Position numbers and translations under genes: made by a program
The notes under the pieces: generated by a model
Seen by the model: only the letters and a program-made list of their open reading frames with translations
The model's database searches: none
Told to the model about the DNA's origin: nothing
In this document: positions 22,959-35,085 of the stretch, one piece after another
How positions within the stretch are numbered: the stretch's first letter is position 1
Layout: each line of letters opens with the position of its first letter
Assembly (NCBI RefSeq): GCF_009834535.1
Contig: NC_045696.1
Coordinates: 120,654,001 to 120,714,000 of the forward strand
Length of the DNA: 60,000 bases
Direction: 5' to 3'
From: Camelus ferus
Taxonomy: Eukaryota

Positions 22959-25535
22959 TACGAGAATATTATGAAAAACTATGGAAGCAAAATGGATAGC
23001 CTAGAGGAGATAGACAAGTTTCTGGAAACATACAGTCCACCAAGACTGAATCAAGAAGAAACTGGCCACTTGAACAAAACAAATGAAACTGAATTAGCAA
23101 TAAAAAACCTCCCTACAAATAAGAGTCCAGGACCGGATGGCTTCACCAGGGAATTCTACCAAACACACAAAGAAGAACTCATACCAGTCCTTCTCAAACT
23201 CTTCCAGAAGATGGAAAAGGAGGGAATACTCCCAAACTCATTCTATGAAGCCACCATCACCCTGATACCAAAACCAGGCAAAGACACCACCAAAAAAGAG
23301 AATTACAGACCAATATCAGTGATGAACATAGATGCAAAAATCCTTACCAAAATATTAGCAAATAGAATCCAACAGCACATAAAAAAGATTATACACCACG
23401 ATCAAGTGGGGTTCATCCCAGGGACACAAGGGTGGTTCAACATATGCAAATCAATCAATGTAATACATCACATCAACAAGAGAAAGGACAAAAACCACAT
23501 GATCATCTCAAAAGATGCAGAAAAAGCATTTGATAAAATTCAATACCCATTTATGATAAAAACTCTCACCAAAGTGAGTATAGAGGGAACATATCTCAAC
23601 ATCATAAAAGCTATATATAACAAACCTACAGCCAGCATAGTACTCAACGGTGAAAAACTCAAGAGCTTCCCACTAAAATCTAGGACAACACAAGGCTGCC
23701 CACTATTACCACTCCTATTCAGCATAGTCTTGGAAGTCCTAGCCACAGCGATCAGGCAAGAGAGAGAAATAAAAGGGATCCAAATTGGAAAAGAAGAGGT
23801 AAAAATGTCACTATATGGAGATGACAGGATACTATATATAGAAAACCCTAAAAGGTCCACACAAAAACTATTAGAAGTAATCGAAAAATTCAGCAAGGTA
23901 GCAGGTTACAAGATTAACGTAAAAAATCAGTTGCATTTCTTTACACTAACAATGAATCAACAGGAAAAGAAAATCAAGAAACAATCCCCTTTAAAATAGC
24001 ACCAAAAGTAATAAAATACCTAGGAATAAATCTAACCAAGGAGGTGAAAGTCTTATACACAGAACTATAAAACACTGATGAAGGAAATTAAAGACAACTC
24101 AAAAAAATGGAAAGATACCCCATGCTCTTGGATTGGAAGAATCAATATTGTTAAAATGGTCACACTGCCCAAGGCAATCTACAGATTTAATGCAATTCCT
24201 ATCAAATTACCCAGGACATATTTCACAGAACTAGGACAAATCATAATAAAATTTATATGGAATCACAATAGATCTAGAATTGCCAAATCATTATTGAAGA
24301 AAAAGAATGAAGCTGGACGAATAACCCTCCCAGACTTCAGACAATGCTATAGAGCTACAGTCATCAAAACAGCATGGTATTGGTACAAAAACAGACATAT
24401 GGACCAATGGAACAGAATAGAGAGCCCAGAAATGCACCCACAAACTTTTGGTCAACTAGTCTTTGACAATGGAGGCAAGAATATACAGTGGAATAAAGAC
24501 AGTCTCTTCAGCAAATGGTGTTGGGAAAACTGGACAGCAGCATGTAAGTCAATGAAGCTAGAACACTCCCTCACACCATACACAAAAATCAACTCAAAAT
24601 GGATCCAAGACTTAAACATAAGACAAGACACAATAAACCTCCTAGAAGAAAACATAGGCAAAACATTATCTCACATACATCTCAAAAACGTTCTCCTAAG
24701 GCAGTCTACCCAAGCAATAGAAATAAAAGCAAGAATAAACAAACGGAACCTAATGAAACTTACAAGCTCCTGCACAGCAAAGGAAACCATAAGCAAAACA
24801 AAACGACAACCTACAGAATGGGAGAAAATGTTTGCAAAAGATGAAAATGCCAAAGGCTTGATCTCCAAAATACATAAGCAGCTCCTACGACTTAATAAGA
24901 AAAAAACAAACAACCCAATCCAAAAATGGGCAGAAGACCTAAACAAGCAATTCTCCAAGGAAGACATACAAATGATCAATAGGCACATGAAAAAAATGCT
25001 CAATATCACTAATTATCAGAGAAATGCAAATCAAAACTACAATGAGATATCACCTCATACCAGTCAGAATGGCCAGCATTCAAAAGTCCACAAATGACAA
25101 ATGCTGAAGAGGCTGTGGAGAAAAGGGAACAATCCTACACTGCTGGTGGGAATGCAGTTTGGTGCAGCCCCTGTGGAAAACAGTATGGAGATGCCTCAAA
25201 AGACTAGGAATAGACTTACCATATGACCCAGGAATCCTGCTGCTGGGCATATATCCAGAAGGAACCCTACTTCAAAAAAACACCTGCACCCCAATGTTCA
25301 TAGCACCACTATTTACAATAGCCAAGACATGGAAACAGCCTAAATGTCCATCGAAAGATGACTGGATAAAGAAGAAGTGGTATATTTATACAATGGAATA
25401 CTATTCAGCCATAAAAATGACAACATAATGCCATTTGCTGCAACATGGATGTCCCTGGAGAATGTCATTCTAAGTGAAGTAAGCCAGAAAGAGAAAGAAA
25501 AATACCATATGAGATCGATTATATGTGGAATCCAA
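22959..25535 (+). pseudogene. Disrupted L1 ORF2 (reverse transcriptase)
   Basis: Split over ORFs 22794-23999, 24078-25097, 25159-25428 and 25377-25679 by frameshifts and a stop; RT motif reads YGDD at 23814-23825; the endonuclease domain is absent. Confidence 0.93.
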
Positions 25536-25869
25536 AAAGAAAAGAAAAGAAAAGAAAGACAAGTGAGCATAAATACAAAACACAAACATACTCATAGACA
25601 TAGAATACAAACTTGTGGTTGCCAGGGCGAAAGAGGGTGCGAAGGGACAGACTGGGATTTCAAAATTTGTAGATACTGACAGGCATATGTAGAATAGATA
25701 AATAAGATTATACTGTATAGCACAGGGAAATATATACAAGATCTTGTGGTAGCTCACAGTGAAAAAGAATGTGACAATGAATATATGTATGTTTATGTAT
25801 AACTGAAAAATTGTGCTCTACACTGGAAATTGACACAATATTGTTAACTGACTATAACTCAATTAAGAA
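22959..25869 (+). mobile_element. 5'-truncated LINE-1 (ORF2 RT and C-terminal regions plus 3' UTR), camelid-type
   Basis: L1 ORF2 peptides [46 protein letters not shown]; AATAAA-like end; 18-bp TSD AATA(A/G)TTTCATGATATTC at 22941-22958 and 25870-25887. Confidence 0.97.
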
Positions 25870-26063
25870 AATAGTTTCATGATATTCAGTTAAGATAATC
25901 TTCTGTGACTTATTCAACCATTTTTAAACTATTGTACATACAAATTATTTTTAATTTTTCCTAATTATAAATGAAGCTGCCATGACTTTCATTTTACAGA
26001 AAACTTTCTCTGTATTTTTATATTTTCTTAGAACAAACTCACAAATATTTCGCTATAGTTTTT

Positions 26064-26192
26064 CTTTCTTTTTGGGGGGTGGGGGAAGGAGGTAATTAGG
26101 TTTATTTATTTACTGATTTATTTTAATGGAGGTACTTAGAATTGAACCCAGGACCTAGAGCATGCTAGGCATGCACTCTTATACCCTTCCTC
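26064..26192 (-). mobile_element. Camelid tRNA-derived SINE (Vic-1-like)
   Basis: Reverse strand: GGAAGGGTATAAGAGTGCATGCCTAGCATGC...GGTCCTGGGTTCAATTC...GTACCTCCATTAAAA...AAACCTAATTACCTCC; degenerate TSD TC(G/A)CTATA(G/A)TTTT. Confidence 0.85.
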
Positions 26193-26369
26193 TCACTATA
26201 ATTTTTTTTTTAAATGTGCCTTATTCAGACAGTCACTACCTAAAAAAGGCTTCAGACTTAGTAGAACAGCTTTATTTTAAAGTTTACTATCTTGAAATAA
26301 AATGTAGCCATCCTGATTTTTGTGTCTCTTTAGTAGTTTTGATAGATTTCAATGAAGCTTGGAATGTAT

Positions 26370-26968
26370 AAATAAAAACACAATGCAAGCCACATGTGTA
26401 ATTGAAATATTTCCAGTAGCTACCCTAAAAAAAAAAAGAAATAGGTAAAATTAATTTTAATAATGTATTTTATTTCACCCCATAGATTCAAATGATTATC
26501 ATCTCAACATGTAATGAATAAGAAGTATTATTAATGATAGTCATAATAATTACACATTATTATGAATATCATTATAAGTAATGTGTTGATAATAATATTA
26601 TATATTATGTTAATAACATTATTATGTTAATAATTTTAATAATTTAATAGTTTAATAATAATATCATTAACATTCTTTTTTTTACAACAAGTCTCCAAAA
26701 TCCATTGTATATTTCACACAGCACATCTTAATTCAGATGCTAATTTTCCTAAAAAATTATCGATCTGTATTTAAGTTACATAAAACTTAGTTACAAAAAG
26801 TAAATTTACATACCCCAGTTGTTCAAAACTTACTTAAAAGTTTTCCAGTAACTTGATGTATCAGTTTTTAAATGTAAATTATTGAATATTAAACAAAACT
26901 AAGAATTCAGTTCCTCTGTTGCACAAGCCATATTCCAACGTGACTATTGTACTGGGCAGCACAGTGTA
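26370..26968 (+). mobile_element. hAT-Charlie element (MER33/Charlie5-like) with an AT-rich internal expansion
   Basis: AATGCAAGCCACATGTGTAATTGAAATATTTCCAGTAGC...GGTAAAATTAATTTTAATAATGTATTTTATTT...CAGCACATCTTAATTCAGA...ACTGGGCAGCACAG. Confidence 0.7.
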
Positions 26969-27899
26969 GACGGAGGACTTATAACTGTGATTTTTCTGAG
27001 GAAGGTCTATAATACATAGAACCAGTAACACTTATTTCTTCTTAGAGAAAAAAAAAAAATCTGCATTGGCTTGCTTGAAAGCATTCCCCTCCCTCCCAAT
27101 AAGAAAAACCATGCAATCATTTGCATTCATTCTGGTCAAAAGGATCAGGGGATCCAGTAGGTGGAGTACCAAACTCTCCTTAATGAATCCACTAGACGGA
27201 TACTCAGCCGAGATTTTTGTGAATAAAATGTTCCCACATGAAAAGAGAATGAGCTCCTTTAGAAGCTTTTTCTGGGGGAGGTGGAAAAATCCAATTGTTT
27301 TCATAGGACCAGCTGGTTCTTTGGAGTTGAAAGAAATAACACCTCCCAGGGGTGAACGTTTATTTCATGTCCAATCAGAAATGCAGTCACCCTGATTCCC
27401 TAGGAGACCACGCTACCTGATAGACAGTACTGATGGCAATTAGGATGAAAACAACAAGTAATAAGGACACAGATTCTCACCCCTGTGGCTCTTCTCCAAT
27501 CCTTATTTAGTTTGTGTGTTTCTGGTACTAATGAGATACCCCCACCAAAAAAATCTATTTCAAGTTCAGGGTCACTTTTTGTCCTGTGTGAGGGTGGCAA
27601 TAGTCACATAATGCTAAAAATCAAAGTAATAGCTTCTCTTTTATTTTGAGAATTTTTGAGTGTTTAGTATGCACTGGGTACTGTTAAAAGCATTTCATAA
27701 TAAACAGAAGTATTTAATACTCACAACTAGTGGATGAAGTACACATGACGTAACTTGCTCAAAGTCATATGGCTATGGTCTTCACAGACATTTTTTAGAT
27801 GGGAAATTTGCCACTGAATTCTATACGTTTCTTACTCAATGACTTCCTCCCACACACACCCTACTCATCCTTCCTTCCTTCCTTCCCTTTTCATTTGGT

Positions 27900-28460
27900 A
27901 CCTTCCCTCCTCACTTGCACTATTCAGTCCATCACAGACTGGTCTCTACTACCCCAGACCGCTCTTGTTGAGATCACTGATGCCCTCAATGCTAAGCCCC
28001 AGGGCCCACCTTCCAATTCTCTGTGCAGTGGGTCTCTTTTAAACATCCTCCCCTCTAGATTGCTGGGGGCCTCCTCTCCTAGCTTTCTCATCATTTCCCC
28101 CACAATCCTACTTAATCACCTTTGCCGTGCTTCTTCCTTTGATTGTCCCCTTAAAGGTAGGTGCCTCACAGATTTATTCATATATATTTATTAATTTTTA
28201 TGTGTGTGTTTGTGTATATATATGTATATGTATATATGACTGATCTATCAGTCCTCAAACTGATCAGAAGGGAAGCCCCCTCTCTCTACCGAAGTAAATT
28301 TCCAGAGCTCATCTTGTCTCCTGCCTTTAAATAACACGTAGATAATGCCAAAGCAATCTCCAGTTCAGACTGAATTCAGAGCTCATAGATCCTCTTAACA
28401 TTTTCACTTGGATGTCTATTAAGGATTCACCAACTTAAAAGATTCAAACCCAGTTTCTAC
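27900..28460 (+). mobile_element. L2 LINE relic
   Basis: GCTCTTGTTGAGATCACTGATGCCCTCAATGCTAA...ACATTTTCACTTGGATGTCTA. Confidence 0.6.
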
Positions 28461-28654
28461 AGCACCCCCACCACTCACACACAGACAAACCCATATCTAC
28501 CTCTTCTCCCCCCACACCCAGTTCACCAGGTGGGATTAACTTCATGGCATGAATTTGTCCCCTAACTCCATTATCACTATCCTACCCCTACAGTTATAAA
28601 ATTTAAAAATACATTTTAAAAAATGAAAAACAAAACACACACACACACACACAC

Positions 28655-29320
28655 AAAGAACTCTTACAATTCAATAACAAGAAGACAGATCACACAATTA
28701 AAAACGGTTGAACAATTTGAATAGACATTTCCCCCAAGAAAGAATACAAATGGCCAAAATGAGTACATGATAAGGTGTTTAACATCATTGGTCGTTAGGG
28801 AAATGCAGTTCAAACCACAATGAAATAATGCTTCACACCCAGTAGGATGACCAGAATCAAAAAGTCAGACAACAGTGAACATGGGAGACAATGTAGAGAA
28901 ACGGGAGCCCTCAGACATTGCTGGTGGGAATGTAAAACAGTGCATCCCTTCTGGGTAATAACTAGGCAGCCTCAAAAGGTTAAATATAGAACTACCATAT
29001 GACCCAACAATTCCTTTCCTGGATATATACCCTAGACAGTTGTAAATATAGACCATACATAAACCTGTGCACAGGGTTCATAATATCATTAGCCATAACA
29101 GCTAAAATGTCCATGAACTGATTCGTGAATAAATAAAATCTAGTCTAGCCATACAATGGAATATTATGCAGCAGTGAAAAGGAATGAAGCACTGATGCTA
29201 CAACATAAGTGAACCTTGAAAACAAGCTGAGTGGAAAAAAAACAATCACGAAAGGTCACACATTGTATGAAGCTATGTACATGATATGTCCAGAATGGGC
29301 AAATATGTAGATATTTTTGA
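28655..29320 (+). mobile_element. L1M (L1MB-like) 3' region; continues at 29740-29812 and 35497-35530
   Basis: AACTCTTACAATTCAATAACAAGAAGAC...GAAATGCAGTTCAAACCACAATGA...GTCCAGAATGGGCAAAT; the final ...AATAAAGCTGTT resumes after the provirus. Confidence 0.8.
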
Positions 29321-29323
29321 ATA

Positions 29324-29575
29324 TGCAGAAGCACGAAGCCCAGAACCACCTGCACGGAACACTGATTATCTTACCTTTCCCCACCTACAGTCACTGTTAC
29401 TATGCTTTTCCCATAACTATCCCAAGCCTCTTGACTCAAGGGAGGCAGATCTGAGACTTGTTCTCTTGTCTCCTCACTTGGCTGTCTCGAGAATAAACCC
29501 TTTCTCTGCTGCAAACCTCGGTATCTCGGCATTTGGCTTGCTGTGCATCAGGCAAATGGACCTGGTTTGGTAACA
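29324..29575 (+). mobile_element. ERV1-type LTR 3' part
   Basis: AATAAACCCTTTCTCTGCTGCAAACC...GGTTTGGTAACA terminus. Confidence 0.7.
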
Positions 29576-29739
29576 GAAGGGTACCTTTCACGTGAGAGAT
29601 TTATTTCCTGCTTTCAGGGAGACAGAAAGGAGGGTGAGAGTGTCCCTCTCGCATTGACCATTTCTTAAGCAACTTTAATTTAAAATAATCAATATGCCAT
29701 TGAGACACATTTTGGGGCAGCTGACCGTGGGCCTCAACA
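29576..29739 (-). mobile_element. LTR 5' fragment related to 37180-38208
   Basis: Reverse strand TGTTGAGG...CCCCAAAATGTGTCTCAATGGCATATTGATTATTTTAAATT resembles 37180-37250. Confidence 0.6.
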
Positions 29740-30155
29740 GGGTGATGGTTTCACAACTGTATGTATACTGTAAACCATTGAAGTGTGTATTTAAAACAGG
29801 TGAATTGATATGTGTTGACTGAAAAAAAATATACAACCTAAAAGTTGGGAATTATGCTTTATTTGGTGGGCATACTGAGCTCTTAAGCCCAGAGACAATC
29901 TCTCAGGTAGTTCTGAGGGACTGTTACCAAGAGATAGGGGAAAAGCCAGGATATATAGGAGTTTTTGCAGAAAAGAAAAAAAAACCCCACAGATAATCAG
30001 AACATCAAAAGGTTACTGTTAATTAAGAAAACCAGACATCTCAAGTTAATGAATTTAGCACTTTTCTATGTATTGGAAGATAAAAGATTCTGGGCTCACT
30101 GAAATCATTCCTTTGATTCTCACCTTAACTACATGGGGCCAGTATCCTGTTTTCT

Positions 30156-30377
30156 TCCACACTGTCCCCCATAGTGGCTGCACCAAATTACGTTCCCACC
30201 AGCAGTGTAGGAGGGTTCCCTTTTCTCCACACCCTCTCCAGCATTTATTGTTTGTGGACTTTTTAATGATGGCTATTTTGGCTGGTGTGAGATGATACCT
30301 CATTGTAGTTTCGATTTGCATTTCTCTGATAATTAGTGATATTGAGCATTTTTTCGTGTGCCTGTTGGCCATCTGTA
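30156..30377 (-). mobile_element. L1 ORF2 C-terminal fragment with no tail, truncating the 3' LTR
   Basis: ORF 30055-30381 encodes [59 protein letters not shown], the L1 ORF2 cysteine-rich region. Confidence 0.9.
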
Positions 30378-31195
30378 ACATAATTTAGTGACCTTCCATG
30401 AACCTAGGTACAATGAAAGTAAGACATGTCTGGATTGATAAATCCAACAAGCTAAAGCTAGCTTTAATATCAGATACTAATTTAATATTGACTATTTCCT
30501 AGATCATGTGAACCTGAAATTTATTTTGGTCAGTTTCTTTTATATTTAGTAATATTTAGTTTGTAAGTGCTTACTTTTAGGTCAATTAAAAAGAATTATT
30601 TTATAAATGCTGATAATATTTTCTAAAGGTAGAGACATTTCTTATGTATAATGTTTACACAGACATACAAACAGACAAAACTAGAGATCTGGTCGCTTCA
30701 CTTTTAAACTTAGTTATGAATCAGGTATTACAATATGAACTTAAACTGGCTTATAAATAACAGTTAAAATAAGTTGGATTTGTTTGCTCAGATGACTAAG
30801 GCTTTGCTATTTGTGGAAAAGACTTAAGATTTGTATTTGTCCTTCATAAACCCCTAAGGAGGCTAGGAATTAGATTCTGGGGGAAGGAGACTTCCAGTAG
30901 TTTGAGTTTAAAAAGGCTTTCCCCCTCCTCCATTCCTACTTTTTCTTTCTTGGTTCCGGATTTTACCTGACTGAGCTAAGTAACTCGGGCTCAGGTCATA
31001 GCAGGCTGTATTTACATTTCTGATTTGTCAAGATTTTCAGGACAAAGACAGTTGCCTTTAATTCTCCAAAGGACTGGTCTGCCACCTAAATGATATTAAA
31101 AGGTTGATTTGCCCAACTATACCTTCTTTAATTTGCCTTTTATACTGGTGAGAAGATTCCCAACTAAACTGAAAGTTTAAACTTCCACGTTCCAA

Positions 31196-31540
31196 GATAT
31201 CTTTCCATTTCTTAGTATCATCTTAAATTTCCTTCATCAACGTTGTACAGTTTTCAGAATATAGGTAACCTTCTTGGCTAAGTTTATTTCTAGGTATTTT
31301 GTTCTTTTTGATGCAATGGAAACATTTATGCCAGTTATAAAATTCTGGTTTTTGAAGTGGGAAAAAAAAGTGAATGGCAAAATATCCTTCTTTCTTACGG
31401 GTGAGTTGTGTTCCATTACATATATATGCTGCATCTTCTTTATCCATTCATCTATTGATGTGCACTTACGATGCTGCCATGTCTTGGCGATTATAAATAA
31501 TGTTGCTGTTAATAGCAGAGTGTATGTATCTTTTTGAATG
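31196..31540 (-). mobile_element. Two diverged L1 ORF2 fragments within the provirus interior
   Basis: 31196-31322 encodes IASKRTKYLEINLAK and TLMKEI; 31372-31540 matches the ORF2 end (GCCAAGACATGG...ATGGATAAAGAAGATG). Confidence 0.75.
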
Positions 31541-31608
31541 AATTCTAATTTAGTGGTTGGCTTTATTTCTTTGATAACTATGTAAGTTTAAAAAGCTAAA
31601 GCTCTAAA

Positions 31609-31656
31609 TTTGACACAACATTGTAAAATGACTATAAATCAATAAAAAATGTTTTA
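31609..31656 (+). mobile_element. Ultra-short (48-nt) L1 3' terminus insertion
   Basis: TTTGACACAACATTGTAAAATGACTATAAATCAATAAAAAA; 19-bp TSD AAAAAGCTA(A/G)AGCTCTAAA at 31590-31608 and 31657-31675. Confidence 0.88.
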
Positions 31657-32453
31657 AAAAAGCTAGAGCTCTAAACATTCTTAGAAACAATGAACAGTTC
31701 ATATATGTAAATGTAAAAAACATGTACAGTATATTGCATATATGTATTTACATGCAATACATTGCATATGTGCAGTCAAATTCTAACAATTCTACCTAAT
31801 AAAACTGAAGAAAAAATTTCATGTTCTAGAATTTTAGCATGCAATTTATCATACCTTCAAAAGCTTGCAAAAGGCATTCAACAAAGGCCTTCTTTGTTTG
31901 TTAGACCCCAAACAAAATCTCTACTATTATTTTTATTAGCCCCTGAATATTCGCTCTCAATTTTACTTTAATATTGTCTGGGCTCAGGTAACACTCTTGC
32001 TTTCCTCCAGTATGTTTAATGTATATATCCTGAGGGGCAGATTCATACCTTATGATACCAGGCAGGGGAAGCGCTCCCCAGTGGAACATGTCAGTCCCAC
32101 AAAATAATGAAGCGAAAGAGATGTAACCGTCTTCTATAGAGCCCATTTAAATATACCAATTTTGGCAAACTTTCATCTCAGTTCTATCAACTTTTATACC
32201 TTTAATTTTAGTTGCCATTAGGATCCGATCAACAAGTCTCGGTCTTATGAGGAGTCCTATAAGCTTTCCTTACTTTTTAATTCCAAGACCATTTGCTCTA
32301 TTTTGTATAAAAGGCCCTGGGGTCCCCAGTGAGGGGTTGAGCTAAGGGACTTAGGCCCTTTTGTCAATCTTTTAACTTGATTAATTGGCCTAACTTTTGC
32401 CCCAAGTAATTGTTGATCAGGTATCTCAGTGTAATTTTCTTTCAGTCTTTTAA

Positions 32454-32469
32454 ATATATATATATATAT

Positions 32470-32514
<45 letters not shown>
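32454..32514. repeat. Compound (TA)n(CA)n microsatellite
   Basis: Seen directly. Confidence 0.95.
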
Positions 32515-32718
32515 CTTTAAACTGGGGTAAACAGAGCAGAATTGTTTGGTTCCCCCTTACTGTTGGGGACTGATAGGGGGTCCCTTTGGCCCACTGCACT
32601 GAAAGAGGATTAATTAAAACGGCCATATTTAGACTAACAGATTTCTTATCTTTATGCTTGCCCTTAAAATGGTCAACTGACCTGACTGACCGGTTCCTAC
32701 TCACAGTCCCAGGCCCAT

Positions 32719-33187
32719 TGTTAAAATAAAGCTATTAATTCTACTGTTTCTGCTTTTTTCCAGTAATTGAAACTAATAATCATACTTGGTTTCTGACTTG
32801 TTCTCCAGGGAGAAGGTCACAGAACTGTAACCTTACAAAGTAGGCTAAGTACCAAGAAGACCACACCTGGGGTGCTTACGAGATAAAGAGATGGAAAGAG
32901 TGATAACCACTGGCCTCTATAGAATTGGTCTCCTGGAGGCATCACGATGCCACTCTAAGTATTATACTGAGAAAATGATTCTGTTGACTGTTTATTGTTT
33001 GAGCAACGGCAGTATAATCGCCCTGCCCCACACCCAAGGTGGGTGCACAGTCTTGAAGGCCCCACCCTGCTGTGAGTCCCCTTTGCCCGGCAAAGCAACA
33101 AAGCTGCCTCTTTTCTTCTAAGCTCCAAGACTCGGCCTCTGAGTTTCAATTTGGCTCGTTAGGACGGGAGCCGATATTTCGGTAACA
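32719..33187 (+). mobile_element. Solo LTR nested in the provirus
   Basis: TGTTAAAA...GGTAACA termini; near-TSD CCAT/CCAC. Confidence 0.75.
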
Positions 33188-33922
33188 CCACCTTAGGTAA
33201 TGTTGTGCCAAAATCTTTTGTTTTAATCTCATTAACGTCCATGTTATTTATCCCATTCCTTAATAACCACCTAGAGTGTTTTCTTTTGAGAAGAGTCCCT
33301 TTAAAATTTCCTCCTTGTCAGGAAAATCTCCAGACTTTCACTTCAGTATTTTTCTTATTTCCCTGTTAATCAACTTGATTAATATTAACTCTAATGTTTT
33401 TATTAGCATCTGTAAGACCCATTGAGGGGAAGGAAAAGGCACAAATAAGCCTTCCCAAACTTGTTTGTTTGTTTGTTTTAAACTAAAGGAGCTCTTAGTT
33501 TAATCATTATATACATACGGTTTTTTCCACTTTTTAATTTTTTTTTCTATAGGTACCAATAAAACAGCTGTTTATTATGAGAATTCTCTAAAAATTTACC
33601 AGTTTAGGTGTTTATCCAATTTAAAGGATCCATCATCTGGCCTCAAACTGATAAGATGCAAGAGGCAACCCCACAAGAGAGTGCAGAGGATGTCACCTAC
33701 ACAAGATCCAGAACATTTACTCCCCAAAATAGTCTAAGAAAGTAAAGGCCTTCCTGGTCCAGGCTGTTGCAATGATGGTTAAGATGGCAAAAAGCCCCTA
33801 AGAGTTGGCACAGTCATACAAAAGACTGCTCAGAGTCCTAGTCTATTTGATAGGCTGCCAAATGTACACCATATGTGTACCTTCCAGATGGCAGAGACCA
33901 AGTTCTCAAAATACATGCACGT

Positions 33923-33923
<1 letters not shown>

Positions 33924-33968
<45 letters not shown>
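33924..33968. repeat. (CA)n microsatellite
   Basis: Seen directly. Confidence 0.95.
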
Positions 33969-33969
<1 letters not shown>

Positions 33970-35067
33970 ACTAAGGAGACCAGGCAGAACATTTACATCT
34001 CAAAGGCACAGGGAGAGAAATACAAGTTCCCTGTAGAAGGGCTTTTGTTTCTTTAAGGTCAGAATTCTGAAAAGATGTTTTATCAATCTGGCTTTCTCTT
34101 ACATAACTGCATACACAATAAAAGAACTCCATTTAGTCTTTTTCAGGGTGAGATTTTCTTTAATTCCCAATTAAGAAGGTACTTGTACATGTAAGTTTTG
34201 TACATACGTAAACCTGACTGGAGTGTGAGTTGGAGGCTGGCAATCTGTTGTTCCTTTTTCTTTTATTTTGAAAGCTTCGTTCCCCATTTTGAGGTCGGTG
34301 ATGGCGGTGTGGTGGGCCCATGTGCTTTTGTGAGCTAACCTCCTCTAGGTTTTTACCTAGAATCATTTCAGCCTTCTTATGTGTCTTGGTTTCTCCCTTG
34401 GGTAGCCTAAGACCACTGTGGGTGTTCAGATCACAGTGTGGCCCCTCTTATATGTGTCCCTGGCAGGGACCGTTTTGAATTAAAATGACTGGATTTCCCT
34501 ATAAGGATGACTGCACGGTGTTAGGTCTTGGCTTCTGCCATTCCCGCCAGTTTCTCAGTTGTCCTGAGAAAGCCGATGTTGGCTGGGAGGAGATGTCCCT
34601 TCTTTGGAGCTGAGAGCTCTCATGAGATATCATCACTTTCATTTCAGCAAACTCTTTTAAAGTAGCCAATTCAAGGGAAAATGGCAGGCCAGTCTTCCAC
34701 CTAATTACCCAGTCCAACTTTACAGTGGCCTTCAGATGAGAAAAATAGCCCCAGTCTTTCAACTGAGGATAAGCCACTCAGTGTCTAAACTGAGCAAACA
34801 TCTTCCCAGTGGCTTTCACTGAGGATAACCCAGGAACTTCTTCTTAAAACTAAGTTTCAAGGATAACCTCCTCCTTCAGAGGGGAGTTTAACACCACCGA
34901 ATGAAACTTAGGATCAACAGTCAATAAAGGGAGATCCAAAAACCAGGAGAGACTCACCCAAATTCATTTGGATTCTCTGAGGAGACAGACAGGCACAAGA
35001 GACCTCTGCTGGTACCAGAGCTCTGGATCCTGGTAGAGTTCAGGTGAAGGAGAGAAGTCTGCCCTGG

Positions 35068-35085
35068 TTCCCTTTGTTGTTGCCA
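35068..35085 (-). promoter_or_regulatory. Retroviral primer-binding site, tRNA-Arg-like
   Basis: The minus strand reads TGGCAACAACAAAGGGAA, 14/18 to the Arg PBS TGGCGACCACGAAGGGAC (two differences are CpG decay); it abuts the 5' LTR. Confidence 0.65.

Noticed and set aside
22794..23999. 401-aa ORF as a gene or an L1-host fusion protein
   Set aside because: The first ~55 codons are AT-rich flank upstream of the TSD that happens to be open; the rest is frameshifted L1 ORF2 with no endonuclease domain.
34499..34777. ORF downstream of the PBS as a gag remnant
   Set aside because: No matrix, major homology region or CCHC motif is recognisable; it cannot be supported without a profile search.
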